NCBI RefSeq assembly: GCF_002105155.1
Contig: NW_019029023.1
Span: forward strand, 62,001 to 126,000
From: Lobosporangium transversale
Taxonomy: Eukaryota
Direction of reading: 5' to 3'
DNA length: 64,000 nt
Below are positions 49,372 to 63,329 of the stretch, piece after piece (position 1 is the stretch's first letter; each line of letters begins with the position of its first letter). The notes under the pieces are model-generated. The model did not search any database and was not told the origin of the DNA. It saw nothing but the letters and a program-made list of their open reading frames with translations. The position numbers were made by a program, and so were the translations under genes.

Positions 49372-49763
49372 ATGCCTGGTGAGTATTGAATATGCTATAC
49401 CTTTTTGAAATACTTACTCTCACGCTGCATCATTTCAATTTTTTTTCCTTTTGCTCAATATCTGGCCCTAACCTTCTGCCATGCCAACTATGTCAGCCCT
49501 TCCTCTTGTTGCTGCCGCTGTGCCCGTGGCTATGTATGTGAGCGCCAAGCTTTCGCTTCCCCAGGATGTTAAAATGATCAAGAGCGCAGTGGGGGCGCGG
49601 CGAGAATTTGACACCTTCGAGAAGCAAGGGAAAATCAACTTGAGCTATCGCTTTGAAGAGAGCTATCGCAAGTATCCCAATCGCGAAGCCTTGGTGTTTG
49701 AAGGCAAATCCTACTCATTTCGTGATGTCCATCTTGGTGAGTAACAAATATTGCTCTAGGATG

Positions 49764-49797
<34 letters not shown>

Positions 49798-51781
49798 TGG
49801 AGGTGTCTTTTCAGATGTTTAAAGATGGTATTATACGAAAGTGGGCATTCGATCACTAGTATCATACAAGGTTACATTTCACACAGCCTGCATATCACTT
49901 AACGAACTGCTGTTAGAACATAACTAACATGACATCACTCCTCTTTTAAATCTATTCGTGTACGCCAAACATCCACAGCTTCTAACAAAGTTGGCAACTG
50001 GTTGCTATCCAAAGGCGTAAAGCGTGGGGACATTGTATCACTTATGATGTACAACAGACCCGAATTCCTCTTTTGCTGGCTCGGTATCAACAAGATCGGT
50101 GCATGTGGTGCGTTCATCAACACCAATCTTTCGGGCAAGCCTCTCACTCACTCACTCCATACTGCCACGTCTTCAATGCTCATCTTGGATACAGAATTGA
50201 CAGAGCCTGTGGCTGGCTCGCTAGACGAGATTCTAGGAATGGGCTACACGATCTATACCTATGGTGGGCTGGGGCACGTCGATTTCGCAATGCCAATCGA
50301 CCTTGATTCGGTCTCCGATGCAGATACATACAAACATCTTCCTCATAAGACGATGGCCGATGAAACTGCAATGCTCATTTATACTTCTGGGACTACGGGC
50401 TTACCCAAGGCTGGACGGTTCTCACATGGCCGCGCTGATAGTAAGGATCAACTAATTATCGTCTGATACAATTGAACTAAACATGATAAAAATCATTGCT
50501 CTCCTGAATGTAGTAGCTAATTGAAATCATCCCTCCTGTTGCTCTTACTAGTAGCGGCATCATTCTTTGCAAGATTCTACAATTTTACCGACAAGGATCG
50601 TATTTACATTTGTATGCCCTTGTATCATAGTGCTGCAGCAGTTCTAGGAGTGTGCACCTCCTGGTTGGTCGGTGGAACTATAATTCTGACCCGAAAATTT
50701 TCAGCGACTGGCTTCTGGGATGACTGCCGTGCCAACAATGTTACTGTAATCCAGTATATTGGAGAGATTTGTAGATACTTAGTAAATTTGCCCGAATCTC
50801 CATTAGACAAAGTGCACTCAATCCGGCTGGCGCACGGTAACGGTATGCGCCCGGATGTTTGGAGTCGGTTTAGGGAACGCTACGCTATCCCCGTGATTGG
50901 TGAGTGGTATGCTTCAACCGAGGGCACAGGATCAATGAACAACTACAATACTGGGCCTACTGGAGCAGGCGCGATTGGATTTTATGGTCCTCTTGCTAGG
51001 CTACTTAATCGTGGCTTAAAGATTGTCAAGTTCGACATCGAGACAGAGGAATTAATTCGGGACAAGAATGGCCATTGTATTGAATGCCAACCTGGTGAGC
51101 CCGGAGAATTATTATGCGTAATAGATACAAGCGATCCTGGCAAGAATTTCAGCGGTTATCATAATAACAAGGAGGCAACTAGCAAGAAGATTGTCAAAGA
51201 TGTTTTTAAATCTGGTATGTCAATCAACAGATATTTGATTTAAATTTTGTTGTGTTCCTACCTCGATACTGACATCTACCTTGTTGTTTCTAATGACAGG
51301 GGATATCTACTTCCGCACAGGTGATATCCTGAGCCGCGATAATGACGGCTACTATTATTTTGGTGATCGCGTGGGCGACACGTTCCGCTGGAAATCTGAG
51401 AATGTCTCGACGGCTGAGGTGTCTGAAGTACTTTCAGCGTACCCAGATTGCCTCGAAGCCAACGTCTATGGCGTCCATGTCCCTGGTCACGATGGTCGCG
51501 CCGGCATGGCTGCGATTGTCGCCAAGGAGACGATGGACTGGGACAAGTTTGCAGAACATGCATTGAAAAACTTGCCACGGTACTCTGTTCCTCTTTTCAT
51601 CCGAAGGAGATCTCAGATGGAGATCACAGGAACATTTAAGCAGCGCAAAGTGGAGTTGGTCAAAGAGGGTATCAACCCCAGCATAGTCAAGGACGAGATG
51701 TTGTGGCTGGATGGTCACCACTACAGGCCTTTCAGGAATGAAGAGTATCAGCGTATAGTCGCTGGTAAGGCCAAGCTGTGA
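49372..51781 (+). CDS. FAT1: Fatty acid transport protein / very-long-chain acyl-CoA synthetase (FATP/Fat1 family), multi-exon
   Basis: AMP-binding IYTSGTTGLPKA, PLYHSAA, IQYIGEICRYL, GNGMRPDVW, EWYASTEG, and the FATP signature YFGDRVGDTFRWKSENVSTAEV, GHDGRAGMA. The start is probably ATG 49372 (7-nt coding exon, intron 49379-49496). ATG 49481 is an alternative. Confidence 0.93.
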
Positions 51782-53018
51782 ATGGATTATAATGTAGCAT
51801 GATAATGAATAAATAGATGTCCTTGAACGAAAAATATGCCTTGGTGTCCTTAGCACTGAAGTTAGTCCAAGCGCAACTTCAATACCTCTGATATGGCAGA
51901 AATATATGCAAATTCTGTTTTTCCGAACGATACACAGTGAATTAACTAGTATGTATTTTAATTTTTCAAAATATATGATGTTCAGGTGACATTACACTTA
52001 TTTTTTTCCTTAACTGCAAATTCGAACGAAGTGGCTGGACAATTTCATGCATACGTGGGAAGAAATAAGTGCAATGTCACCTGAACATGTATATTTGTAA
52101 AGTTTAGTTTTTCCGATAGCAAATCGTTCGGATAATCAAAAGTCGACTGTACACAATGACAAAAAAAAAGGAGTGTCCATTCTTGAGGCTCTTCTTTCCA
52201 CAGGTCAGATGAAAAAAATAGAGCATGTTTCTGACACGGACCCAAAGGCTCGCTCGATGTCCTGATGAACAGACAACGAAAATTAGGATAACCTTTCCCT
52301 ACGCTTCATTGGATTGTAAATCCGCCGTCTTGTTAAGTATCATCCATTGTAGACGTAGCGGTATAGAGCGGCGTAAGTGCCGTACGAAAAGGAAAGTATG
52401 AAACAAAACAAAAGTGGTGTTTCTGGTAAGCTAGAGTATTCAACTCGAGCATCAAGTAAGAATGTCTGGCCAGGTTAACTGTCTGCTGTTCACTCGGAGA
52501 ACAGCTCAGGATTGGATTGGTGTACTGCGTCATTGCGACGGTGGCGGTTGACAGGTTCAGTCAAAACCACTAACCATGGTCTTTTCCAATAAGAGCTCCT
52601 TGTCGGAGATGCCGATACGAGCCTTGGGAACTCGGTTACATTCCTACTGGCATAAGGTACAGAGTATTTCGTCCTCATCAACTAGCTTGAAAAGCTTCGA
52701 GTGGATATGGCTTAACTCTGTTTCTTCACCTGGAGAAGAGTACAGTTACAAATCAGTGCCGTAATTACTGACTAGGAGATTGAGATGACAAGGATTGAAG
52801 GCTGATGAAGGATACAGCATGTATTTATGGGTCCCCTGGGACGGACGTTAAAAAGCGACATAGTGCGAAAAGTAATGCTCCTCCTTGTTATGTGGGTTTT
52901 GTAGTTCAAATTAAATGATATATCATTATGGAGTGTCCATTTGTCTGTCTATTACACAACAAGCTGGGACCTATTGAACAGATATGCTTTATTGCTGCTG
53001 TTTTACAAATGTCTGTCG

Positions 53019-56000
53019 TTACGCAAGTGCATGTGTGTCGCCAAGGTCTAGTCTTTGAGTCAAGACGCTTACAGAGATCAAGTCATGTGAGTAGACATGA
53101 GCCCCTGCATCCACAATCGATTGCCACATGTCTCTATCCTTTTCACTCGATACCACGGCTACGATTTCATCTCGTGGACCGATGGACTCGTCTTCGCTTT
53201 TGTCAACGCTTTCGTTATCCTCACCATCATCTCTTCCAATAATGCCTTCACCTTGATTCACTTTCCGACGGGTTTTCAGTCTTTTCTCATGGTCTCCATC
53301 CTTGCTAAAACTGTCTTTATCATTCGAGACTTTTACAAGCCGGTCCTTTAATACCCCAAGGCCTGTGTGTAAAAGAGGTGATGCCTTTCCACCCCCAGCC
53401 TCTACCACGGCTTTTAGGCCAGGCATGTCCTTGTTCAATGAGGGAGAAATATAAAACACACAGTTCTCGAAAACACGCTTCTCGCGAGCTCGTTCCACAG
53501 ACTTGTAGAGATCCATATTAAGCTTTTGTTCCGTTTTCGTGTCCTTAATACGAAAATCGTTCTCGTCTTCGTAGATTACAATGTTTGGGAGAATAATAGG
53601 GAAACCATCAGATAACGCGTGTCAAAAAATATTCGGTACCGGCATGTAGCAGAAATAGACTTACCTAAAACAGTATTAGCATCGACACAGGCCTGGAGCC
53701 AGTCCTCATGCACTATGATTTTGCCATGAAGAAGCGCAATCAAAAACTTTCCTGTTCGCGAAATACCGGTAGCAATCAGGTGGGTACACTTTTCAGCAGA
53801 TGTTGCTGGCAGAATACCAAGTGCTTTCAGTGCCTTGACCTGTGCCGCACTCTGCTCCTTTACGCCCGTTGATATGTATCGCACACGCCTCGATTTCCCT
53901 GATGTAATGACGTTTTCAGGCACGGTTGACTCCCCCGTAGCTCCATCCTTCTCTGCTTTGGTTCCTCGTTTTGTTTTTTTGGGCTGAGACTTTGACTCTG
54001 TCATGGTTGTCTCATTATCATGCGGCTCTTCATCATCTGTGGCGCCAGGAGTGCTTCTTTCTCCCACGCTACCTATACTAATCCTACTCCGCTTAGAGGG
54101 GGCTGTTGCGTTCCGAGTAGCTGATAGTGGGGCACTTGTTTCATCCATATTCATATCTTCATCTTCACCATCCTTCGGTTCTTGAGAGCTTGCACGCTTT
54201 TTCTTCCTCTTCATAGCCTTCTTCGCATCTTTAAGCTCTTCCTGAAACTCATTCATATCAGGCACAATCTTTTGCAGCGCTTTGTTAGCCTGTACAGCCG
54301 CGCCACGCTTCCGTGATATAGTCCGGACACTGCCAGACGAAGAGTCTTCAATAGGAGTCACTCGCGACGAATTCTTGTCTCTTTCCTCCGAAATATCCCC
54401 ATACGGTTGCCGGGTTGTTGGTGACGAAGGAGCACTTGATGTTGGTGTTGATATTTCAGATTCAATCAGCCTGTCTTTCAAGGTCGACTTGTTAAACACT
54501 GGCTTCGAGGACAAAGTTGAGGAATCTGACTGCACATTCTTATCATTAGGGAGATAAGAACTGGCATGTCCGCCTTCAATCTGCCGCTGGGAATATGTTG
54601 AGTCCTGATTTTCAGCCCAAAAGGTTTTCTCTGCAAGTAAAGATGGAATCTGCTCTCCCGCTTCCATTACCCCTATTGGACTTGATGTGTCCTCTTCATA
54701 AAACTTAAGCCACTCATCCACTGTTTCTTGTAGGATGTTAGCACCAAATATGGATGGCAATTGATTAAAAGGAGGAAATTGCGTGTATCGCGGTTTGCTT
54801 TCACTTTGCAGAGACCAAACTTGGAAGCAGTCCTCCAGCCACAAGTGATTAACCACCTTGACATTCCATTCCTGGCCCCGCTCATACTTTTCGCCAGAGG
54901 AGCTATCAACATAAACGAGTTTTTGTTTAACATATTGTATTGTCATCCATATACGTTCACCAACCTAGACCGAAAGCAAAAAAAAAAAAAAAAAAAAAAA
55001 GAATATCTTTTCCTTTTAAACCTACTTTCCGCAAATAATGTGTGTCGTCGGCTCCGGCGCGTTTTGGCTGGCCAAAGTAGGCTTGTAAGTAGCTCCAACA
55101 GCAATAATCATCCGCTTCAGGTATTCACGAACGTTGCCAGTGTATTGCGTGACAGTCATAATAAAAGATGACATCCCTGGAATGGGCTCAGGAGGTATAG
55201 GATAGTGGAGCAGAGAAGCTTTTGGCGAAGATAGCTCACCAGTCTGTAAGATATGAAAAAGCCAATCGGCAGATCCAACAATCTTACCGTCTCTAGATGC
55301 CTTTTAGGAAGAAAAAATTATAGATTTGCCTCAAGGACGAGAATAAACGCCATGAAACATAAAGGCGACGATATAAAGAAAGGAAAGCTACCTGAATATA
55401 TGTATTTCCTGCCCGGAATCGACAAATAACGACATCCACTGTCTCGCTTGAGTATTCATTAACGAGAGTACCTCCAGCATCTATGATCTTCTGATTAATA
55501 TAGGTTTTTCGTTCCGGCAAAATGTTAAGATCATCCACTAAATGAAATCTGAATCTTCTTAAAAACTTTGAATGAAATTTGCTAGGAGACATGAGGAATA
55601 AAGTCACTGCCTTAATGGTATTTGAATATAGCTGTGGAGCTTTGCCTGAAACCATTTCTGGTGGGGCAACAAAGCTTTGATCCAGCATGGGAGGATTAGG
55701 GAATCTGTATATAGTCTGTAGTTTTTTTTTTTTTTTTTTTTTTTTTAATAAAAAAGATTATACGTGTTAGAGGGTTACTCTATATTTGCTAGATTCGCTC
55801 AAGAATCAAATATATTTGAAGTCCATACATACCTCCGGTAAGCGTCTTTTCAAGTTGCAGCTCTGTTGAAACCAGTGTGGTAGAACAATCTTTATGTCCC
55901 ACTCTGGATGCTCCATCGCCTGCTCATACTTCTCCTGGAAGATTACAAAGAAAATTCTAGTTAGCCTTTAAACCACTTCAATTATAGAGCCCTGAATAAT

Positions 56001-56995
56001 AGTGAAAGGTAACCATACCCCTTCTGGAGCAACAGCGATCATATGAGTTACGTCTGCAGAGAGATAGTTAGTGAAAGCTCCGCCGTAATCCTCGACAGCA
56101 CTCCCTATTATTTCTCGATCGTATGGTGGCAACTATAACATTAAAGGCCGGCGAAATAAAATGTATGTGCTGCTTAGACCAGTCACTATGAACATACATC
56201 ACCGATTTTAAAGAAAGTAACATGAATAACATACTCCTGTAGCCGTCAGAATAACGCCGGAAAAAATCATTGATGGGTCTGCTGAAAAATGTTTAGGGCT
56301 AAAAAATAAAATAATTAATGTAAGTTGTAAGCTGGATATGAGGAAATATCTTCAACAGGATGGTATCCAAGAATGACTGTGTATCAGCTCTTACTTTAGC
56401 TGCTTGTTACAATTCACTGAACGCGTAATCCAAGCGGGCTATTCCAACATAAACATCAATATGCATGTTAAAATGGGGCTATAGGAGTTTTGAGACATTC
56501 AATGATTTATTTAGATATTATGAATCCAACCCACCGTGACAACATGAATGCCTCTGGCGGTCGCATGGTTATGGTCCGGAAAGTCAAGATCCTCTGTTAT
56601 AATGTGGGTAGGCCTTGTATTGTAGTTTAAATCCTCATGGGTCTCTCTCGCAAATGTGGAGCGAGTTTCCTGGGCTCCGTGTTCACATAATATTTTCTTG
56701 AACTGAATTAAATTGGCGGCGCGAATGGTCAAATTAGTCGATAAACAAATAAACAGATTCGAGCAGCATCCAAGTAGTACTAAAGTGCCCACCTGAGTAG
56801 ACTTTGTCCTGCCGAGGAAAGGATTAAGGTAAAAGACGACATCCTGAAAGAGAAGATCTAATACTGGACCACTGTATGGAGGACTGTCTTGTTCAGATGG
56901 GGGAGAAAATGCAGCTTGGGTATGATTTCCCTCGCTGTAAGAAGCAATTAACTCTGTACCCTGGCCAGGTTCTTCCACAGCCTCCAAATGGGACA

Positions 56996-56996
<1 letters not shown>
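53019..56996 (-). CDS. Multi-BRCT DNA-damage scaffold (Brc1/Rtt107/PTIP-like), multi-exon
   Basis: LFQDVVFY..THIIT..VVTP.WI; FSADPSMIFSGV; DYGG....LSADVTHMI..EKY; IVLPHWF; LLHYP; ITVTQYTG..REYL; VVNHLWLEDC; central disordered linker; C-terminal BRCT pair CTHLIA..ISRTGKFL..IVHEDWL and VVEAGGG. Confidence 0.85.
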
Positions 56997-57026
<30 letters not shown>

Positions 57027-57312
57027 AGAAAGAAAATGAATCAATGAACTTAATAAATGAATGAGAGAAAAGTGAAAGAGAATGGTTTTAATAATTCGGC
57101 GACTCAACCCTTAGGGATCAAAGTTGGTGGCGTTCTAATACACTCGTGTGTGACTGTGTCAGGACAACAGCTTCAATTCTATCTTGTCCTCGCTCTTTAA
57201 CTTGAAAAGACCACACGCAGCTACTTTATTAATTTTTAAATGCTATAATTACGGTGCTATGCTACATTAGCATTGTGGGTCTATTAAGTAGAAAAAAATG
57301 GAACCAACAGTT

Positions 57313-59466
57313 CTAAGGGGCCGTGGCCGTCATTATGGGTGTGTCATTAATAATCATCGAATCGCAGTTCTCGTTTGAAAAGAGCTTGCGACCATTTCGG
57401 GGTCGGAGTGGTCGTGGCTCGTGCAGGGTTATCTTGGCTGGAACCGTAGCAGCAGTCGTTGTTGCTGCTGCTGTTGGCTTGGTTACATTATTAGCATTTG
57501 GGTTGGGTGTCGTTGGAGGTGCCACTCCTGCAATGGCTGGGCCAAATTTCTTTTTACGTATCCCCTTGTTGGACGAGCGTAAGGTGTGGTGTTGAAGCTG
57601 GAGTTCCAGCTGCAGTTGTTGGTAGTGATGTTGGAGTTGTTCTTGCAATGCCTGCTTCTGTTTCTCAAGTTCCTCTGGTGTAAGAGGTAGTTGTTGTTCC
57701 TTCTGTTCATCTGACGTCTTTTCGGATGGCCCATCCGACTCAACAAAACTCATGCAAAGGCCATCGAATCTTTCAAGACCCAAAATGTCTAGCTCATGTT
57801 CCAGCTCTTCAATTTCGCGTCTCTTCTTCTCCTCACGTTCCCTTTGCTCCCTCTCACGCTTTTCGTCTTCGTACTCAAACTCCTCTTTCAGGTCAAACCC
57901 GCGGACATCATCATTGATTAGATCTGGCACAAGAGCGTCGTCAATCTCTTCTTTCAGGTTGAACCATCGATTAAAGTCCTTATGAGTAGGTTCATACTCA
58001 GGAATGGCTTGTTCTCGTTGAAGGCGCTGTCTTGCAAGTAACTTCTCATGAATTCGTCTAACGCCAGCAGCGCGGTCCGTGTGTTCACTTGCACTTTGGA
58101 GGAGCCTGGCTTTCAACCGCCAGTCCTCTTCCATATCTACACGTTGTTGGATGGTATAATGATCGCGCTTTTGAAGTTCTTTTGCAGATTGTATAACCGT
58201 GGGCGAAAGAAGTGTACTCCGTCTCGCCTCTTTGGCGAGTTCGAGTTCGGAGGCAGACACGACTGGAGAGACTGTTGGGCTATTAGGAAGCGATGTCGTC
58301 ACAGGCTGCGCTTGACCATCAACACTTTCAGCAAGATGGATCTGCCCATGCTCAGTATAGAGGGTCGCCGCAAGCGGACAGCTTTGGCGATGCTGGAAGG
58401 TCACAGTTTTGGATTGCTTCTCTTTGACTGGTTGGCTTTCCTCTGAAGGGTGGACGACTTCCTCTATAGGCGTGAGCTTCGGCTCTACACGGGCAAGGCC
58501 ACCACGAGCCCGAGTGTTCTCAGAGGTCAACCGCACATCAGGAGTAGGAGCGGGCGAAGCAGTAGTTTTTGGTGATTCAGAACTCTTCCTTTTAGCAGCT
58601 TCTGTAAGTCTTTGAACTATCCGCTCTTCTTCCATTAACTGCCACAGTGTCTTGACAGACCTGGCATACTCTTGCGCCTGTCATTATGAATGAAATAAAT
58701 TAATTAAAACAGGTTAGGAAAAATAAATAAATAAAGAAATATATAAACAAACAATCTTCCCATGACATCTCTTTACCCTGGACTCTAGTGGTACTAAGGT
58801 CTCTGTAGAGGCTCCAAACTGTTTTGATAGGTGCTTCTGTTCTGGCATCAACCTATTGACGGGGTGGTTTGAATTCCAGTTTAGATTATGGCGAGCTGGG
58901 CCAAATTGGGGACAGCTTGTCAAGTCCATGAGGCCAGCCTTATCAAGTGGCATCTGTGCTGGCAAGGATGTATGAGACCCTTGTTTATTATGAGGGAGCA
59001 GGGCGCCCTTTGCGAGCGATGGTGGTTGATAAGAAGAGGGTCGAAGTGGGAACGAGGGAGGAACAAGCGTTGATGTTGTGTCTGAGCTAGAAAGGCGTTG
59101 ACCTTCCTTCCCAAAACGACCGAAATCATCTGCGTATTCGTCTGGAACATGGGCCTCAAGCAAGGCTGCTGATCGAGCCGATATTGCTAGACAGGTGGTA
59201 GTCGCTGCACTCACCATGTCGTGTGTGGGGACCGTTCTGGTTGATGATTCAGTGTTAGACTCTTGTTCTGTCTCTGACTCGATATCAGAGGACGAACCAG
59301 CTGCAGGGGGGACGTAAGGGATAAGTGTAGGTTGTGAGGAGTTTCGCTGTGGTGGGTATCCGATGCCAGGGACAAATGGCTTTGGAATGTTATTATTGCC
59401 TGCATTCTTCCTGTTCTTGCCACGTCTTCTCCTCAACCACTCTTTTGCGGTCTGAAGTGGTGCCAT
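57313..59466 (-). CDS. Hypothetical protein, largely disordered with coiled-coil segments (exons 59466-58777, 58677-57313)
   Basis: Two long ORFs joined in phase by a GT-AG intron at 58678-58776 (...VPLESR|AQEYARSVKTLWQLMEEE...). No family recognised. Confidence 0.7.
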
Positions 59467-61909
59467 GTGTTGGAGGGTATAAATGTATAAGACGAATTGG
59501 GTGTTGTCGCCGAGTTGCTGACAGAGTGGCGAAGCGAAATATAATTAATGTGGTGATATTATGATAATTAAGAGTATATGAAGTGTCGAGTCAGAATGGT
59601 GAAGGATGGAGAGAGGTATAAGAGAAGGTGTATGTAAATGGGAGAAACAGAAAGAGACTGAACGGCACGGTCGATTATTAGGGAAATAGTAAATACAAGA
59701 GTTAGTGTGAGCGCGTGCTTTGAAGAGACAGTTGACGACAATGAGGATGGAGAAAGAAGAAAAAAAAAAAAAAAAAAAAAAAAGAGAGAGAGAGAAAAGA
59801 GGGGAAAAAGCTTTATTGAACATGCTGCTTATTTATTTATGGTATAGTCCATTTTCTTTTTCTTTTCCCGCGCAGGAATACAAAGCAAATCCAATGTCAA
59901 TGCTGTCCTCTTTTTTTCTCTCTAGACTGGATCAAAAGAGAAGGGGTCGGGGGTATTTCGGTGATATTTGTGTCATGCCCTGAGTCGGACATGTTCCAGA
60001 GACACTTTTTTGTAGGCTCTTTCAAATTATTTCTGCCATGCTTTCTGCAAGCACATACGCTCGCCCCCCTCCTATTGTCTCTCTTCTAGCGGTCGTGCGT
60101 TCACATCACATCGTACATAGCACAGAAATAAACAAACCAAAACACATTAAAGGCAATGCAATCAGCATTCTTTATTTTGATTACAATAACTTTTTTTTTT
60201 TTTTTTTTTTTTTGTTTTTTTTCGCGCCCTTGTGTAATTGTACAACATGTTTTTGTTTTTGAAATGGTCCATCTTAATCTGTGCGTATGGTTTTCAAAGT
60301 GTAACGGTGCAATTGTGATTTCATCAAATTCAAGGGGTCTTCCATTGAAGCAAACAGGGTGAGCAACATTGTCATCGATGTCATGCCATGTTTCTAACCA
60401 ACTTTCTTCTCATCCTCTTTTCTGCCAGGTGTAAAAAAAGCGTGACCCATTCATGCGATGTGACTCAAACAATAACGAGGCCCGTGGAAGATAGACAAAC
60501 GCTGTACAACTTTTAAGCCTTCAGGCTTAATCACTCTAAACCATTCATGGTATTCAAGGGAAAAGACTGTGGATGGCAAAAAATTATTCTAAAAAGTAAA
60601 AATAAAATAAAATAAAATAAAAAAAAGGTTTCTTGAATAATCCAGCCCGGAAGTGCCTAGTTAGTCCAGGGACATGCTCAAGCTTCTTTGAGCTTTTTTG
60701 TTCAAAAAAAATGAGCAAAGAAAAATGCTCTTATTCTCAACGGGTTCTGCATATTTATACACACAGTAAACGATCCAGAGTCGGGATTCACTCTTTGTCA
60801 GCTTTGTTCGCTCTGCTATCCCTCGCCACTTTCCAAGCCTAATTCAATTGGTTACAAATACCGGTCGAGGTGAGCACTGCCTGCTGTGTCAAAGTTGATT
60901 GGCTATTGAACATTCCACAGTCCCTGGGACAAATCCTAAAAAAAAAAAAAAAAAAAAAAAGATCCGAAACGTCTTTTCCCCCTTGTGTTTGATTATGTAT
61001 GATTGTGCAACAGTATGAAACGCACATGCAGAAAGACATATCTTCGCCAGAATATGCTTTTTCTTCCATCCATTATTACAATCTATGGATGACGTTCACA
61101 ACGATATTCTCTACGCCTAAATAAGATAACGAAGACAATTGCCATTGTTTTTTAATTTTGAGCTAGAAAAGCAAATTAAAAAAGGAAATGATGCAGGACA
61201 TAATGTGGGGTCTTCCATGACGTTTCCTCTACCCCCTTTTACACTTCTGGCCCAAAGATGTAGAGCTAAAGCCTTGTGTCACTATTGAACTTAATGACAC
61301 GTTAGGCGCTTGTGTTTTTTTTTTTTGTTAAATCTGTTTTCCTGGCTTTGTACAGTTGTTGCCCCGCGATTTCTTTATCCATACTCCACGTAGTATTTCA
61401 TGAATTAGACGTGATCATTTGAGGAGACATTTCTTCACATTAAAGCTATAAAGGATCCGGATCTCAGATAACACAGGTAGAGAGAGCGAGTGAGCACGGC
61501 GGAGTGGTGAATTGAACGGATACACTATAGTATTGAATGAGCCAGCAATATGGGATTACGAACAAGATAGCCATCGCTTCCAAGACGGAACTCTTCCGAG
61601 GACATATCCCCAGGTTTCATGCGTAACTAGCTCTCTCGTAATCGAAAGTAACCTACACATCCTTATTAACACAAGTGTTTATTGTGCTTGTCATAGAGCC
61701 CACACCATGAACTTTATCCAAAGTATGTGCACAGCAAACAAAAGATTGCTTAGGCATTTTTTTTTTTCCTGCAAGAAGTAGAGAGGATTAGGGAAGAACT
61801 GGAAATGTTCGAATGATTTTATATTACTTATATTCACATGGTATCTTAGAATAAATAGATTCAGGTTGGATAGAGTAAGCCTCTTTCGTCCTATTCTACG
61901 AATGTCAAT

Positions 61910-62304
61910 TCATGATGCAAATTCCCAAATTAGATTTGTCTGAAAGTATGGTGAGAGTTGATCATCAAGCTTGACAAGATGAACATCTTTCCGTACGTTG
62001 GAGCCTAATTGATTCGATATTTCATAGAAAATAGAATAGACGAATGACGGATGAATAAGGCTTGCATAAAAAAAAAGGGCAAGACAGAATAAGAAACAAA
62101 AAGAAAGGAAAGTGTTGACTCACGAATTCGAGCTTTTGAGTACACTCCGACATCGTCTTCCAGCAGCTCAATCCCAAGTCCTCGATAGAGCTGTAGACGT
62201 AATCTATGAATGTCAAGTGGAGGAGAAAGAGGTACCCAACATCAGTTGTTCATGCATGCATATGGACCTGTGTTCTTTTGAAACACATAAATTGAGCTTA
62301 TTTT

Positions 62305-62336
<32 letters not shown>

Positions 62337-62988
62337 CCTACACCGTGGAAGCATGTGATGTGTCATCCATGATATCTTCTGGATCATCTGGCAAGTCTTC
62401 TTCCTGATTACTTGTCGTTGCTTCTTCCCTCGCTCCCTTATTGTCCGAGTGTGGATTCCTTGCATTATTAATCTTTTGTGAAAACCCCAGTTTTAGACTC
62501 TGCATGCGGAGATGATGAATGGCAGTCTCAAGGGATACAATATCCTGATCCATGTTCTGGATAGTTTTGGCAATTGCAAACTTTTTCTTGTCCATTTCGT
62601 ACATTTGTGTGTTGTGTTCCAGACTTTCTGCTTCGATGTGCTGTCCTGAACCCTCTGAGCGTGTCAGTTCAAGATTTCTTGACATTCCTATCATTTTTTT
62701 TTTTTTTTTTTTAAAACAAATATCGAAATCAGAAACCATTTGCTCAAAGGTAACACATAAAAAAGGTACATCTACAAAACCCTTCATACTTTGAAGAAGT
62801 AAGCGAGCATCCTGCAGCGCCTCTCGCCGCACTAATTCAGTTTCGCGGGCATCTTCCTGTATTATCCGTTGAATATCTTGTATATTTGAGCTAGACTCCT
62901 GCAATTGTGCTGTAATGTTTTGGATTTGCAATACAATGCTTTCGTCTGTTGCAAAATCTCTCTGTTCCAAGGCTGGTACTGTTGTCAT
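61910..62988 (-). CDS. SPC24: Kinetochore NDC80-complex subunit Spc24 (4 exons)
   Basis: N-terminal coiled coil, MDKKKFAIAK, and spliced C-terminus V|LRLQLYRGLGIELLEDDVGVYSKARI|RSNVRKDVHLVKLDDQLSPYFQTNLIWEFAS*, matching the fungal Spc24 RWD-like tail. Confidence 0.85.
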
Positions 62989-63329
62989 AATTTAGAGGAG
63001 GTAATTTTTGCGAATGTCACAGACAAATAATGCAAAGTGGTAATATAAGGAAGAATAAAGTGCAATTTGCAATGTTATTTAATGATTTGTCGTAAGAGCA
63101 AACATGCAAACATTTGTTTGTCAGGCTCACCTTCATGAAGCTGGGTTACTACTAAGCCACATTGATGTACTTCAAGTTCCTGATACACCGTCCGGAGCCT
63201 GTAACGCTCATCAACCCAACTACAGAACCACAGCGCTGAATTTTACCCGAGAGCAGGATCAGGATCAAATTCAGATTCAGGCTCAGGATTAGGGACAGGA
63301 CGTGATTTGTTCCTGTTTTTGAAACACAC

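Noticed and set aside
52250..52740. Minus-strand fragment (...LCQ*ECNRVPKARIGISD...) faintly like a methyltransferase motif
   Set aside because: It is too short, interrupted by stops, and lacks a SAM-binding motif.
61512..61781. 89-aa + strand ORF starting at TTG
   Set aside because: It uses a non-ATG start in a eukaryote, has no motif, and ends in a poly(T)-derived tail.
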